Assembly: GCA_900617105.1 (NCBI GenBank) | Contig: UYFQ01000302.1 | Location: 1-34,654 of the forward strand | Length of the DNA stretch: 34,654 bases | Source: Hydrurus foetidus | Lineage: Eukaryota | Reading direction: 5' to 3' | Part shown: piece by piece, positions 1 through 9,549 of the stretch | Layout of the letters: each line of letters starts with the position of its first letter | How positions within the stretch are numbered: the first letter of the stretch is position 1 | Notes under the pieces: model-generated | Databases searched by the model: none | What the model saw: the letters and a program-made list of their open reading frames with translations, nothing else | What the model was told of the DNA's origin: nothing | Translations under genes and position numbers: made by a program

Positions 1-913
1 TGTCAGACCACTTGATTCTATCAAGATATGTCTGTAGTAATATAGTTGCAAATATAGTTTCAAATATATACATGTACGTTATGCGACACGTACGTACGTA
101 AGTACACATGCAGATATGATAACATGCACACGTACACACGTACTTACACATGTTAGTGCATACTCATTTATGCATACGTACACACATGTACTTACACATG
201 TACGTACATAGTCAATATGTACGTACGTACGTACGCACGCATATAGCATAGCGTACACTTGTATGGTCACGCACACACGTACATACGTACGTGCACATGT
301 TAGTACAAATTATTATATGCATACGTACACACACGTACTTACACATGTATGTACATATATAATATGTACGTATGTACGATCGCCAATAGCGTAGTACATA
401 GATGTATAGGCGTACATACGTAAGTACCACTGTACTTACGCATGTACGTTCTTATACATACACATGCATACGTACTCCTATAATATCGCCATATAGCAGT
501 TAGTACTCACGCATGTACGTTCATATACATATACACGCATACGTACCCCTGTACTATCGCCATGTATCAGTTAGTACGAACCCTCTGACCTCACGCAAAT
601 GAACGTTCGCCTTTCATGATTCTTCAGTATCGCCAAAACACTTCGTTACTATAAGCATTCATGCAACGTTCCTCAAGCACATGCTATGAACAACACATCT
701 CGCTGTGAACTTTGTCTCAAGGTAGTTTCACTGTCATGAACTGTTCTGATAGCTCTTTTGCGTGGCTATCTGTAAACTCTAATCAGAATTTAATACGTTG
801 TACTTCACAGCTTCGTCTACTCGATAGCTCACTGAATTGAGACAGTAGCCTGCAGCTGCTTCTCCACCTTCGCTGCGAACGCTAGAAGGTGACATCTTGT
901 ATTTAGTCTTACA
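1..913 (+). repeat. 5' LTR of element A (913 bp)
   Basis: Repeated at 7697-8609; starts TG, ends CA, imperfect 8-bp terminal inverted repeat. Confidence 0.96.
128..577. repeat. Degenerate tandem repeats in the LTR of A (two ~147-nt units, then two 71-nt units; alternating purine-pyrimidine)
   Basis: TGTTAGT at 151 and 298 and TGCATACGTA at 171 and 318 (period 147); GTAC anchors at 432, 503 and 574 (period 71). The same array lies at 7824-8273. Confidence 0.85.
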
Positions 914-925
914 TGGTAGCGATTG
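914..925 (+). promoter_or_regulatory. Primer binding site of element A, probably initiator tRNA-Met
   Basis: TGGTAGCGATTG lies directly after the LTR. It is complementary to a tRNA 3' end ...CGCU-A-CCA (U72/A73, initiator type), and TGGTAGCG matches the start of the yeast Ty1 PBS. Confidence 0.75.
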
Positions 926-1000
926 TTTATAGTGATTAAACGATTGCCGTGGATTCCAGGATTCTGAATTTCCTTCCTCAACTTTCAGAACCCTGCAATC

Positions 1001-4000
1001 ATGAGTGATAATGGATCTGAAGACGAGTTCGAGCTGTCCAACACAGACTCTCCGCCGGCTCTTGCCGACCTCCTTCAACATCCGTTCAGAACTCTGATCG
1101 AAGCAGCTCAACCCATCTTCACTGGTCGAGTTACAAGATCTAGGACAGGAGCAATTCCTCCTTTAGAAAATCCAAATAGTGATTTTCTAGACGAGGTGGA
1201 ATTAGCCCTTCAAAATCAGGAGGTTGTTCCGACACCACCTTTAGCACCTCGGGCGCGGAATCTCGGAGCCACAGCGACAACTTTATTTTCGGACAATTTG
1301 GAGGCTCAGGATGCAGAGACAAGATTTTCCTTCGCCGATGTGGCAAGGCTCATCGACATTATGTCTTCTAAGATCCAACAGCCTCCACCGTTGGTCTCCC
1401 AACCGAAATCAACAGTTGGATCTGCTTCTATTCCAACTGCTTCAACGCCCAAGGCTTCTTCTATCTTATCGGTGCCCATATCGGAATACCTGGATACAAC
1501 CTCTGCGCAATCGAAATTCTTCTTTTCGATGCCCAAGTTTTCCAACTCTGGGAAGGACAACCGCGACAACATGGAAACGTTCATGGTCGCTCTAGGTGAA
1601 TGTAAACTTCTTACATTAGCCAAAGGCGATCGTGAGTTACCAGTCATTACTGCTCGGAACCCTGGAGGGTATTCACCTAGGTCACTGGTATTAGCAGAAG
1701 AAGGATTGTATGATGTCATCCCAGCTGATGACATCTACAAAAGATTACACGATTTGGATCGCTTATTGGTTATTCTCAATATGGTTACTGGGAAAGATCT
1801 ACATTATTTGATCAAGCGTGTGATTGCCGACAACGATGCGGTCTTATGGTTCAAGACTATCTACGATCACATCAACGGCACAAAGAACAGCGACATCAGG
1901 AAGGCAACGGATCAGCTCCACTCCCTGAAGCTCAAGTCCACACAAACCATTCAGGAGAATGTGGCAACCATCGAAGAGGCCTTCAGAGTCCTCAAAGTCG
2001 CAAGTGGCGTGCCCGTCACTGATGATCAAAAGCTTTATCATCTACAAGAAAAGCTGGAGCATGATGCAAGATTCAGCGTCTTATCAATCATGGCCTCATC
2101 AAAGACGTCAAAGGCATCCTACGACGACACCATCAAATACCTTGTGCTTCTTGATCCTGCCCCAGCGGTAGCTCACAAGATGGCTTCCCTTACTCCAACC
2201 TTGGAGCTGTGCAGACGTCACATCGCTGGCCTATGTACCAACGGTTCCTCATGCAAGTATTCACATGCAGCAGCGCCGCCAAACAAGGGAGCACCATCTG
2301 ACAAGAAGCCCAACAAGAACCCACCTCCTCTCAAGAAAGATCAGAAGACTCCACCGAAGTTTCCTTTCAAGAAACCAATCATCGTGTCAGATTCCCATCG
2401 ATCACTTGTTGGATATCCCAAAGGAGTTGCAACGGCAAAGAACCCAGCTGGATATTCGCTGAACCAACTTACAACCATCAGGACTTTGCAATCTGCTGAT
2501 GTTGACGGCTGGACAACAGGAGATCCTCAGTATTTCAATGGCGATGGATCGAGCAACCATATCGATCGGTTCAATGTTCTTCGCTTCAAGGAACAATCAA
2601 CGACATCCATTGCAGAGTTCCCAGAGTTCTACCACCTTGAGCCCTTTCCAAGACTTCGTGAGATCAGGCGTCACCTGTTCACAATGCTCAACTCGGTCGA
2701 GAAGTATAACAGATTCGCCGGTTCATCTCCCAGCGACTACGATGGATCTCCTACTGATCCTCTCTCCGGAATTGTTGTCAGCTTCCAAGACCTGACAGCA
2801 GCTGAACCAAGGATGGTACACATCTTGGTGGCATTCACATGGCTTTCAGAGAGCCCAACCATCTCGAGATCCGTGAAAATCCGAGAAGATGTTCGTACAG
2901 CAGACAAACGGCTTATGCGAATGCTCTACAAAATTGGAAACAGGTTCTTGAACGCCGACGTGTTGATTCCAGACAGGGAGGGTTCCGAAAATTTCAGTTA
3001 TATGAACTTCAACCCTCTCTCCGACAAATTCTATCATTCCGACGACTATGGGTTTTACCAATCAAACATGAGAAACGTGGAGAAGTACTTTGTGGCTATC
3101 AGATACATCATGGAGCATCCTGACATTCCATGGCGACTTCTACGTATTCTCTCTTTGGCTATTATCTACGACTTCATGTCATTCTGCGCGCAACTACTTC
3201 GTGATGCAGTGCAAATGCAAGCTGACGAATCCCAGACAAGAGCAAATGTGTTATTCACATTGAATACATATCGATCCAACGCACAGTTCTTGGATCAGAT
3301 AGTCTTCCACGATGCTTTCTCTGCAATCATCAACAACATCAAACCAATGCCTCCAGCACCACAGTCTTATGCATTGCAGACAAGCCCCATCACGACATCA
3401 TATTCACGTATGAGTGCCATCAACAGAGAGGACCTGCTTAGTGAGACGACTGACCACACTGAAGAAAATGATGATGATAATGATGATGATGATGACGACG
3501 AATATAGTGACGATGAATCAGAAGGTGATGACATAGACATGACTCCACCGGGGTCATCATCTGATCATCACAGGAGATGCCAAGAAGACCTGACCCGATA
3601 CAATCACCCATACGTGATGGGTCATAAACGCAGTCTGTGGGCGTCAATCCAGACTGATACCAAGCGTCCAGCACGCAGGAAGATCATCAAAACATCAGAT
3701 GACAATGAGTTCAAGGAGACACCAGGAACATCCAGCTCAATGCATGCTCCACCAATGCTTCAAGACCCTCCTCTTGTTACTGATGATATTGTTCCAGCAC
3801 TTAAGACTGCTGGTGTACCTCGTATGATTGTATCAGTCCCATATACGATCAAGGAGGAAGAGCAGCAAACATTGCAGCTGGAGCATCCTCCCATGTCACT
3901 CGACTCTCAGCAATCTACACAAGATATTTTGCATCCTCCAATGGCAGATCTGGCAACACCTGAGCCATATCGAATGCGCACTCCGCCAGCCAAATCACCA

Positions 4001-4489
4001 TCAAGAGATTCAGTGTCTGCCACACGTCGTGCAAAAGCAAGAGCACTGGCTGAGAAGAAGAGTCTCAACTTACTTACAGTTACAGACAAAGACAGCAAAT
4101 TCATGTCATTCAAGAAGACAAGTCACAAGACAGTCATTGACAGTGGTGCATCTACATCTGGTACTGGATTGCGCAGCAGTCTCCGTGACCTTAGACCTAC
4201 ATCATGCAGTGTCTCAGCAGCTTTCGGGGAGACTGCCCAGCCTACTGAGATGGGACTACTCCCACCATTCATGCTCAAGACTATTGTCATCGATCAAATG
4301 AATGATACCACACTGCTCTCAGTGTCTCAAGCGTGTGCAAAGGGATTTGTGGGCATCTTCACCTCTAAGGACTGCAAGTTCTTCAATGCGATAGATGTCA
4401 TCCCACACCTTCAGACAATTTCAAAGACAGCTCACCCAGTTATGAGTGGCAAGGTAGAGGAAGGCCTCTACTTGCTGGACTCCAACTGA
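1001..4489 (+). CDS. gag: Gag-protease polyprotein (1162 aa): capsid-like region, CCCH zinc finger, unknown ~280-aa domain, acidic linker, aspartic protease
   Basis: Long ORF after the PBS. It has C-x7-C-x5-C-x3-H at 2210-2266 and the protease motif VIDSGAS at ~4133-4153 followed by LLSVSQ, and it ends GLYLL, as in the copia pre-integrase region. Confidence 0.88.
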   Translation: MSDNGSEDEFELSNTDSPPALADLLQHPFRTLIEAAQPIFTGRVTRSRTGAIPPLENPNSDFLDEVELALQNQEVVPTPPLAPRARNLGATATTLFSDNLEAQDAETRFSFADVARLIDIMSSKIQQPPPLVSQPKSTVGSASIPTASTPKASSILSVPISEYLDTTSAQSKFFFSMPKFSNSGKDNRDNMETFMVALGECKLLTLAKGDRELPVITARNPGGYSPRSLVLAEEGLYDVIPADDIYKRLHDLDRLLVILNMVTGKDLHYLIKRVIADNDAVLWFKTIYDHINGTKNSDIRKATDQLHSLKLKSTQTIQENVATIEEAFRVLKVASGVPVTDDQKLYHLQEKLEHDARFSVLSIMASSKTSKASYDDTIKYLVLLDPAPAVAHKMASLTPTLELCRRHIAGLCTNGSSCKYSHAAAPPNKGAPSDKKPNKNPPPLKKDQKTPPKFPFKKPIIVSDSHRSLVGYPKGVATAKNPAGYSLNQLTTIRTLQSADVDGWTTGDPQYFNGDGSSNHIDRFNVLRFKEQSTTSIAEFPEFYHLEPFPRLREIRRHLFTMLNSVEKYNRFAGSSPSDYDGSPTDPLSGIVVSFQDLTAAEPRMVHILVAFTWLSESPTISRSVKIREDVRTADKRLMRMLYKIGNRFLNADVLIPDREGSENFSYMNFNPLSDKFYHSDDYGFYQSNMRNVEKYFVAIRYIMEHPDIPWRLLRILSLAIIYDFMSFCAQLLRDAVQMQADESQTRANVLFTLNTYRSNAQFLDQIVFHDAFSAIINNIKPMPPAPQSYALQTSPITTSYSRMSAINREDLLSETTDHTEENDDDNDDDDDDEYSDDESEGDDIDMTPPGSSSDHHRRCQEDLTRYNHPYVMGHKRSLWASIQTDTKRPARRKIIKTSDDNEFKETPGTSSSMHAPPMLQDPPLVTDDIVPALKTAGVPRMIVSVPYTIKEEEQQTLQLEHPPMSLDSQQSTQDILHPPMADLATPEPYRMRTPPAKSPSRDSVSATRRAKARALAEKKSLNLLTVTDKDSKFMSFKKTSHKTVIDSGASTSGTGLRSSLRDLRPTSCSVSAAFGETAQPTEMGLLPPFMLKTIVIDQMNDTTLLSVSQACAKGFVGIFTSKDCKFFNAIDVIPHLQTISKTAHPVMSGKVEEGLYLLDSN

Positions 4490-7400
4490 GTGCAACCGGC
4501 TCAACTCTTGGTCACGAGTGTAAAGGAGCTTTCGATTTATGACCACGTGCATCGCGTACTAGGACACCCTGGCGAAGAGGGTATGGCCTGGCACCGACAG
4601 CACACCATTGGAGCACACTACTCCAACTTGGATGCATCTACACCAAGACCAATATGCGCAGCATGCGTACAGGGCACGATGCGACAGACCTCTACGGACC
4701 ATCTTCGTATACACCGTTTGCCATCTCCTTGCTACGGCAGTCAATTCTCACTTGACGCGTATACACATACACACCGGTCACAGGCCGGTTATAAGTACTG
4801 CGATATCATCACGGACTTATCTACAAGACGAAGTTATCCATGCTTCACGAAAGACCGGGGAGCTGCAGAACTTGTCAAAAGCTTCTCCACCCTCTTCCAA
4901 TCACATCCTGAGTGGAAGCCCTCGCTTCCAGGCGTAGACCGATTCATCAGAGCCGATGCAGAGAAATCTTATCGGTCAGCTGAATTCCTTCAATGCCTTC
5001 ACAACTTCGGATATCGACTTGAGCCAACACCACCTCGCGACAAACATGCAAATGGAATCGCAGAACGTGCAGTAGGCGTCTTATCGATGAAGTGCAACAT
5101 CACCATGCAACCTTTAGGGATGTCAGTACCACAGAAGTTCTGGGATCTTGCCTTTGAGTATACATGCATCACCCATGCATTCAATTACCATTCAGCAATC
5201 AAGACATCACCGTATCATCTCATCACTGGAAAGCATGTAATCCTCAAGAACCTCAAGGCCTTTTGGAGCTTATGTTGGGTTCACATCGCGCTTGAAGATA
5301 GGAAAGGAAAAATCGGTTTTCCTCGTGCATACAAAGCCAGATTCGTTGGTTACGATTTATCGAGAACGCTCGAGCCTTGTTTTAAGGTCATCGAAATACT
5401 ACCAACCGGAATCTTCGGCAAAATTAGGACAAGTAAGGACGTCATTTTCGACAAAGACAATAATTATAATTACACGGACGAGTACCCATCCGATCTTGAC
5501 TTTTCTAATTTACACCAGAATATCAATAACGATATCTCTGCAGTCCTACCAGCTAACAAGGTAGTTGAAAAAGATTCTGAACAACAACTAGCAACTCCAG
5601 CTATTCCAATACACCCTGTACCTGTAATACCTTGCATTATTCAGAATCGAACTCCTGAAAATCCTATTCCAGCGAAAATACATCCAAATGTGATTAACAA
5701 TAACAAAATTGTTAATAAATCTGGATCGACTAATATCAAATCAACAAAACAGAATATACCGTTTGATCCAACACCAATTAGAGATACAAATAACAAATCC
5801 GACATCGATGATAATGACATTGGTATTAATACACCAATTCAAAACATTGAAAATGACGATGCTGTCTACTGGTACTCTACTCATGTTAGAAATCACGAAC
5901 ATTTTCTCTCATTGATTGAAGCAAGTCATCACGAAAAACTCTTCATCAATTTCGATCAACTCAATGTGCCAAAATCATTCTGGAAAGCTATGGCTATACC
6001 TGAATGGAAAAACGCAATAGATACTGAATTAAAGAAATTCGAGAAGAACTCATGTTTACATGTAGTACCATACATTGACCAACACCTGGTACCAATGATG
6101 TGGCTTTTTAGTATAAAAACCGACGGTACGAAAAAGGCCCGTTTAGTGGGACGGGGAGATATGATGATACCACTCGTGGACTTCGACCCCGACGCCGTAT
6201 ACTGCGGAAATGTATCATCGTGTTCCATCAAGATGGCACTAAGCATTGCAGCAGCATATGGACTAGTAATGAAAGGAGGTGACCTCATTGGTGCTTACCT
6301 CATTACAAGAGCAAATGTTAACTTCCCGGTGCACATAAAGACACCGCAGGGATACACTTGCCCACCCGGTTTCTGCTTTCAGGCTGTCGGCAATCTTTAT
6401 GGATTCCCACCTGCAGGGCAAAACTTTTCCATAGAGTTTGATATTTGTATCTTCGAGTGTGGTTACAAGAACACACCCTGGGACCTCAAGTTCTTCTTTA
6501 AATGGACCACAGATGGTAGACCCATGCTTATCATCGCTCACAGTGATGACTTCAGATGGTTTGGTCCTTCGGACAAACTTGATGAATGGGATCTGATCAT
6601 CGCCACCTTCAATGCACACAAGTATGAAGTCACTGATGCAACTGACAAGGAGTTCGTTGGTATTCGTATTCAGCGTGATGAAGATGGCACATATTATATG
6701 GATCAACATCGCATGATTGATTCAATAATAAAAGAGGCTAATATATCTGGTGCAAAGGACATGCACTTACCATACCCGACTGGGGACCAAGAACCTGCAT
6801 TGTCAAAACTAGACAACGCTTCTACCCCTGAGGAACGTATGCAGTGTATGAAGTACCCGTACAGGAGGGTCGTGGGTCAACTAATGTACGGTATGGTACA
6901 TACCATGGTCGGCATTCTGTATGCACTCAATGTACTATCCCGTTATGGTAACAACCCAGGTCCCAGACATATCAAATTCCTCAAACACTTATTGCAGTAC
7001 TGCAAGTACGCACGAAGTGATCGACTAGTGTTCCATGGACACGATGGACCCAGAGACATCGAGACTATGACAACGCTACTTCAACTCCGGTTTCAATGCG
7101 ATGCAGATTTGGGTGGTAATCCCGACAATAGCCACTCCCAGACTGCATACCTTGGATACCTCGGCCGTAACCTTATCTGCTGGTGTTCCACCGACCAAGG
7201 CAGCATATCAACATCAACGGCAGAGTCGGAAATCAAGGCTGTCAACCACACACTCAAAGCAGAGGTCATAGCCAACAGAGGCATCCTAAACATGATGGGA
7301 TGGGTCCAAGGTCCAACCTCTATTGAAGAAGACAACCAAGCCTGTATATACCATTCTAAGGCAGCACACATGACACGCAACCTAAGGCACCTCGACCTCA

Positions 7401-7564
7401 CCGAAAACTGGGTCAAAGAGAAGGTTGCTGATGGTACTTGCGTAGTTGTTAAAGTTAAATCGTGCGATAATAATTCAGATATTGGTACAAAAAGAGTTTC
7501 TCTACCAATATTTAATAAACTTCTAAATCAAATTATAGATCAGTCTCAGAGACGAAATCTTTAA
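4490..7564 (+). CDS. pol: Pol (integrase, reverse transcriptase, RNase H), in frame with the upstream ORF behind one TGA; no ATG at its start
   Basis: Integrase HHCC (HRVLGH...CAAC) and DDE (SLDAY, RADAE, NGIAER); RT KARLVGRG and HSDD; RNase H CDAD, STAESE, EDNQ, NSDIGTK. Confidence 0.93.
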   Translation: MQPAQLLVTSVKELSIYDHVHRVLGHPGEEGMAWHRQHTIGAHYSNLDASTPRPICAACVQGTMRQTSTDHLRIHRLPSPCYGSQFSLDAYTHTHRSQAGYKYCDIITDLSTRRSYPCFTKDRGAAELVKSFSTLFQSHPEWKPSLPGVDRFIRADAEKSYRSAEFLQCLHNFGYRLEPTPPRDKHANGIAERAVGVLSMKCNITMQPLGMSVPQKFWDLAFEYTCITHAFNYHSAIKTSPYHLITGKHVILKNLKAFWSLCWVHIALEDRKGKIGFPRAYKARFVGYDLSRTLEPCFKVIEILPTGIFGKIRTSKDVIFDKDNNYNYTDEYPSDLDFSNLHQNINNDISAVLPANKVVEKDSEQQLATPAIPIHPVPVIPCIIQNRTPENPIPAKIHPNVINNNKIVNKSGSTNIKSTKQNIPFDPTPIRDTNNKSDIDDNDIGINTPIQNIENDDAVYWYSTHVRNHEHFLSLIEASHHEKLFINFDQLNVPKSFWKAMAIPEWKNAIDTELKKFEKNSCLHVVPYIDQHLVPMMWLFSIKTDGTKKARLVGRGDMMIPLVDFDPDAVYCGNVSSCSIKMALSIAAAYGLVMKGGDLIGAYLITRANVNFPVHIKTPQGYTCPPGFCFQAVGNLYGFPPAGQNFSIEFDICIFECGYKNTPWDLKFFFKWTTDGRPMLIIAHSDDFRWFGPSDKLDEWDLIIATFNAHKYEVTDATDKEFVGIRIQRDEDGTYYMDQHRMIDSIIKEANISGAKDMHLPYPTGDQEPALSKLDNASTPEERMQCMKYPYRRVVGQLMYGMVHTMVGILYALNVLSRYGNNPGPRHIKFLKHLLQYCKYARSDRLVFHGHDGPRDIETMTTLLQLRFQCDADLGGNPDNSHSQTAYLGYLGRNLICWCSTDQGSISTSTAESEIKAVNHTLKAEVIANRGILNMMGWVQGPTSIEEDNQACIYHSKAAHMTRNLRHLDLTENWVKEKVADGTCVVVKVKSCDNNSDIGTKRVSLPIFNKLLNQIIDQSQRRNL

Positions 7565-7690
7565 ATAGCACTATACTAATTATGTTTTAATATTGTATTT
7601 GTCTTGATCACACATATACTATGTTAATTCTAATATTATAAAGGTAGCTCATAAGTAAACATGCATTATTTTACACTACATCTTCACTAC

Positions 7691-7696
7691 GGGGAG
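7691..7696 (+). promoter_or_regulatory. Short polypurine tract of element A
   Basis: GGGGAG lies immediately 5' of the 3' LTR. Confidence 0.75.
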
Positions 7697-8609
7697 TGTC
7701 AGACCACTTGATTCTATCAAGATATGTCTGTAGTAATATAGTTGCAAATATAGTTTCAAATATATACATGTACGTTATGCGACACGTACGTACGTAAGTA
7801 CACATGCAGATATGATAACATGCACACGTACACACGTACTTACACATGTTAGTGCATACTCATTTATGCATACGTACACACATGTACTTACACATGTACG
7901 TACATAGTCAATATGTACGTACGTACGTACGCACGCATATAGCATAGCGTACACTTGTATGGTCACGCACACACGTACATACGTACGTGCACATGTTAGT
8001 ACAAATTATTATATGCATACGTACACACACGTACTTACACATGTATGTACATATATAATATGTACGTATGTACGATCGCCAATAGCGTAGTACATAGATG
8101 TATAGGCGTACATACGTAAGTACCACTGTACTTACGCATGTACGTTCTTATACATACACATGCATACGTACTCCTATAATATCGCCATATAGCAGTTAGT
8201 ACTCACGCATGTACGTTCATATACATATACACGCATACGTACCCCTGTACTATCGCCATGTATCAGTTAGTACGAACCCTCTGACCTCACGCAAATGAAC
8301 GTTCGCCTTTCATGATTCTTCAGTATCGCCAAAACACTTCGTTACTATAAGCATTCATGCAACGTTCCTCAAGCACATGCTATGAACAACACATCTCGCT
8401 GTGAACTTTGTCTCAAGGTAGTTTCACTGTCATGAACTGTTCCGATAGCTCTTTTGCGTGGCTATCTGTAAACTCTAATCAGAATTTAATACGTTGTACT
8501 TCACAGCTTCGTCTACTCGATAGCTCACTGAATTGAGACAGTAGCCTGCAGCTGCTTCTCCACCTTCGCTGCGAACGCTAGAAGGTGACATCTTGTATTT
8601 AGTCTTACA
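7697..8609 (+). repeat. 3' LTR of element A
   Basis: Copy of 1-913. Confidence 0.96.
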
Positions 8610-9286
8610 GACATCAACGGACTTTGGAAAAACAACCATATGTCAAATTGAAATTAAATTCGCCATGGGAAAAGGTGTTTATGACATGATATAGGTGGTG
8701 AAGTGAGAAAAACATTGACATGCATGAATAATACAATACCTCGCGTTGAGGGGTTCAACGGGTTGGGGAGACGCTGCGCCGTAGGTGACAAACGTCTCCC
8801 ACTCTGGAGGAAACCACGTTTCCACAAAGGCGGGGCATTTGTAGCCATTGATAGCCTTTGACTTCTTCTGGGCGATGTCTTCGTATGCTTCGTAAACTTC
8901 CTTCCGCACTGCAATTAAGACTTCAGCAAAGCTTTTGCCCGATGGAGGCAATCCTCCAGGTAATCTCTTCATTAGAAGAGGCGCAAAGTTGTTTATAAGG
9001 ATCAGGCGTATCTCCTTATATTTTCTCCATAACGTCGCGCCAGTATGTAAATCACTTGGATCGAGTTTTCCAATGTCAACAAAATAGTTCTTTGTCCTCA
9101 TGAATCCATTTCTATCATAACCCAAGAAGGCAGGAGGAAGGAAAATAGCCTTGACGGCCTCTGCTGCTCGATATTGATCATACCCTTCTCCTTTGATTGA
9201 CTAACGGCGAGACCAGCTTTCGTTATCAGAAGGAATTGTTTCGACTTGACGTCATGGACGCCCAAGTAATTCATTGCTGAGATCAC
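8610..9286 (-). pseudogene. Disrupted gene (frameshift near 9160, probable intron 8739-8622, truncated by element A); possibly a PIF/Harbinger Myb/SANT-like accessory ORF
   Basis: Overlapping ORFs 9098-9286 and 8679-9125 join with a single frameshift. The LWRKYKEIR...NNF...PPSGKS pattern is present, and AG|GTATTG donor and TTTTTCCAAAG| acceptor keep the frame open up to the LTR. The family call is tentative. Confidence 0.4.
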
Positions 9287-9549
9287 GGAAGGTTTTTGGC
9301 TGCTGCAGTACGGAGTTATATGACTTAATGTGTAGTCGGGTTATAATCTGTACGGGCTGTTGTATACGGAATTTGCATACAGTAGAAACCCGATTCTACT
9401 GTATGGGTTTTGGTTTTGAACTTGATACAACAGATTTTTTATACAAAAAATGTGACATAAGGATGGACTGATACAGTTTTTTCACGAAAAAAACGTATTA
9501 TACCCGCGTCATAAGGAATGGCCTAACTCACTACTCACTAGGTACTCAA

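Larger units (their letters stand above)
1..8609 (+). mobile_element. Ty1/copia LTR retrotransposon A, full length, very young
   Basis: Direct repeats 1-913 and 7697-8609 with TG...CA ends (TGTCAGAC...GTCTTACA). I found only one mismatch by eye (T747/C8443). PBS follows the 5' LTR, GGGGAG precedes the 3' LTR, and the domain order gag-PR-IN-RT-RH is diagnostic of copia. The left TSD is outside the window (right flank GACAT). Confidence 0.97.

Noticed and set aside
79..430. Short V/C/Y/T-rich ORFs (also 7775-8126)
   Set aside because: Translation artefacts of the alternating purine-pyrimidine LTR repeats.
128..577. Possible CRISPR-like array
   Set aside because: Degenerate tandem units without constant repeats and unique spacers; eukaryotic LTR context and no cas genes.
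4487..4489. TGA as Trp (alternative code) or selenocysteine
   Set aside because: Other genes in the window end in TGA and use TGG for Trp. The position is a linker rather than a catalytic Cys site, and no SECIS was identified.
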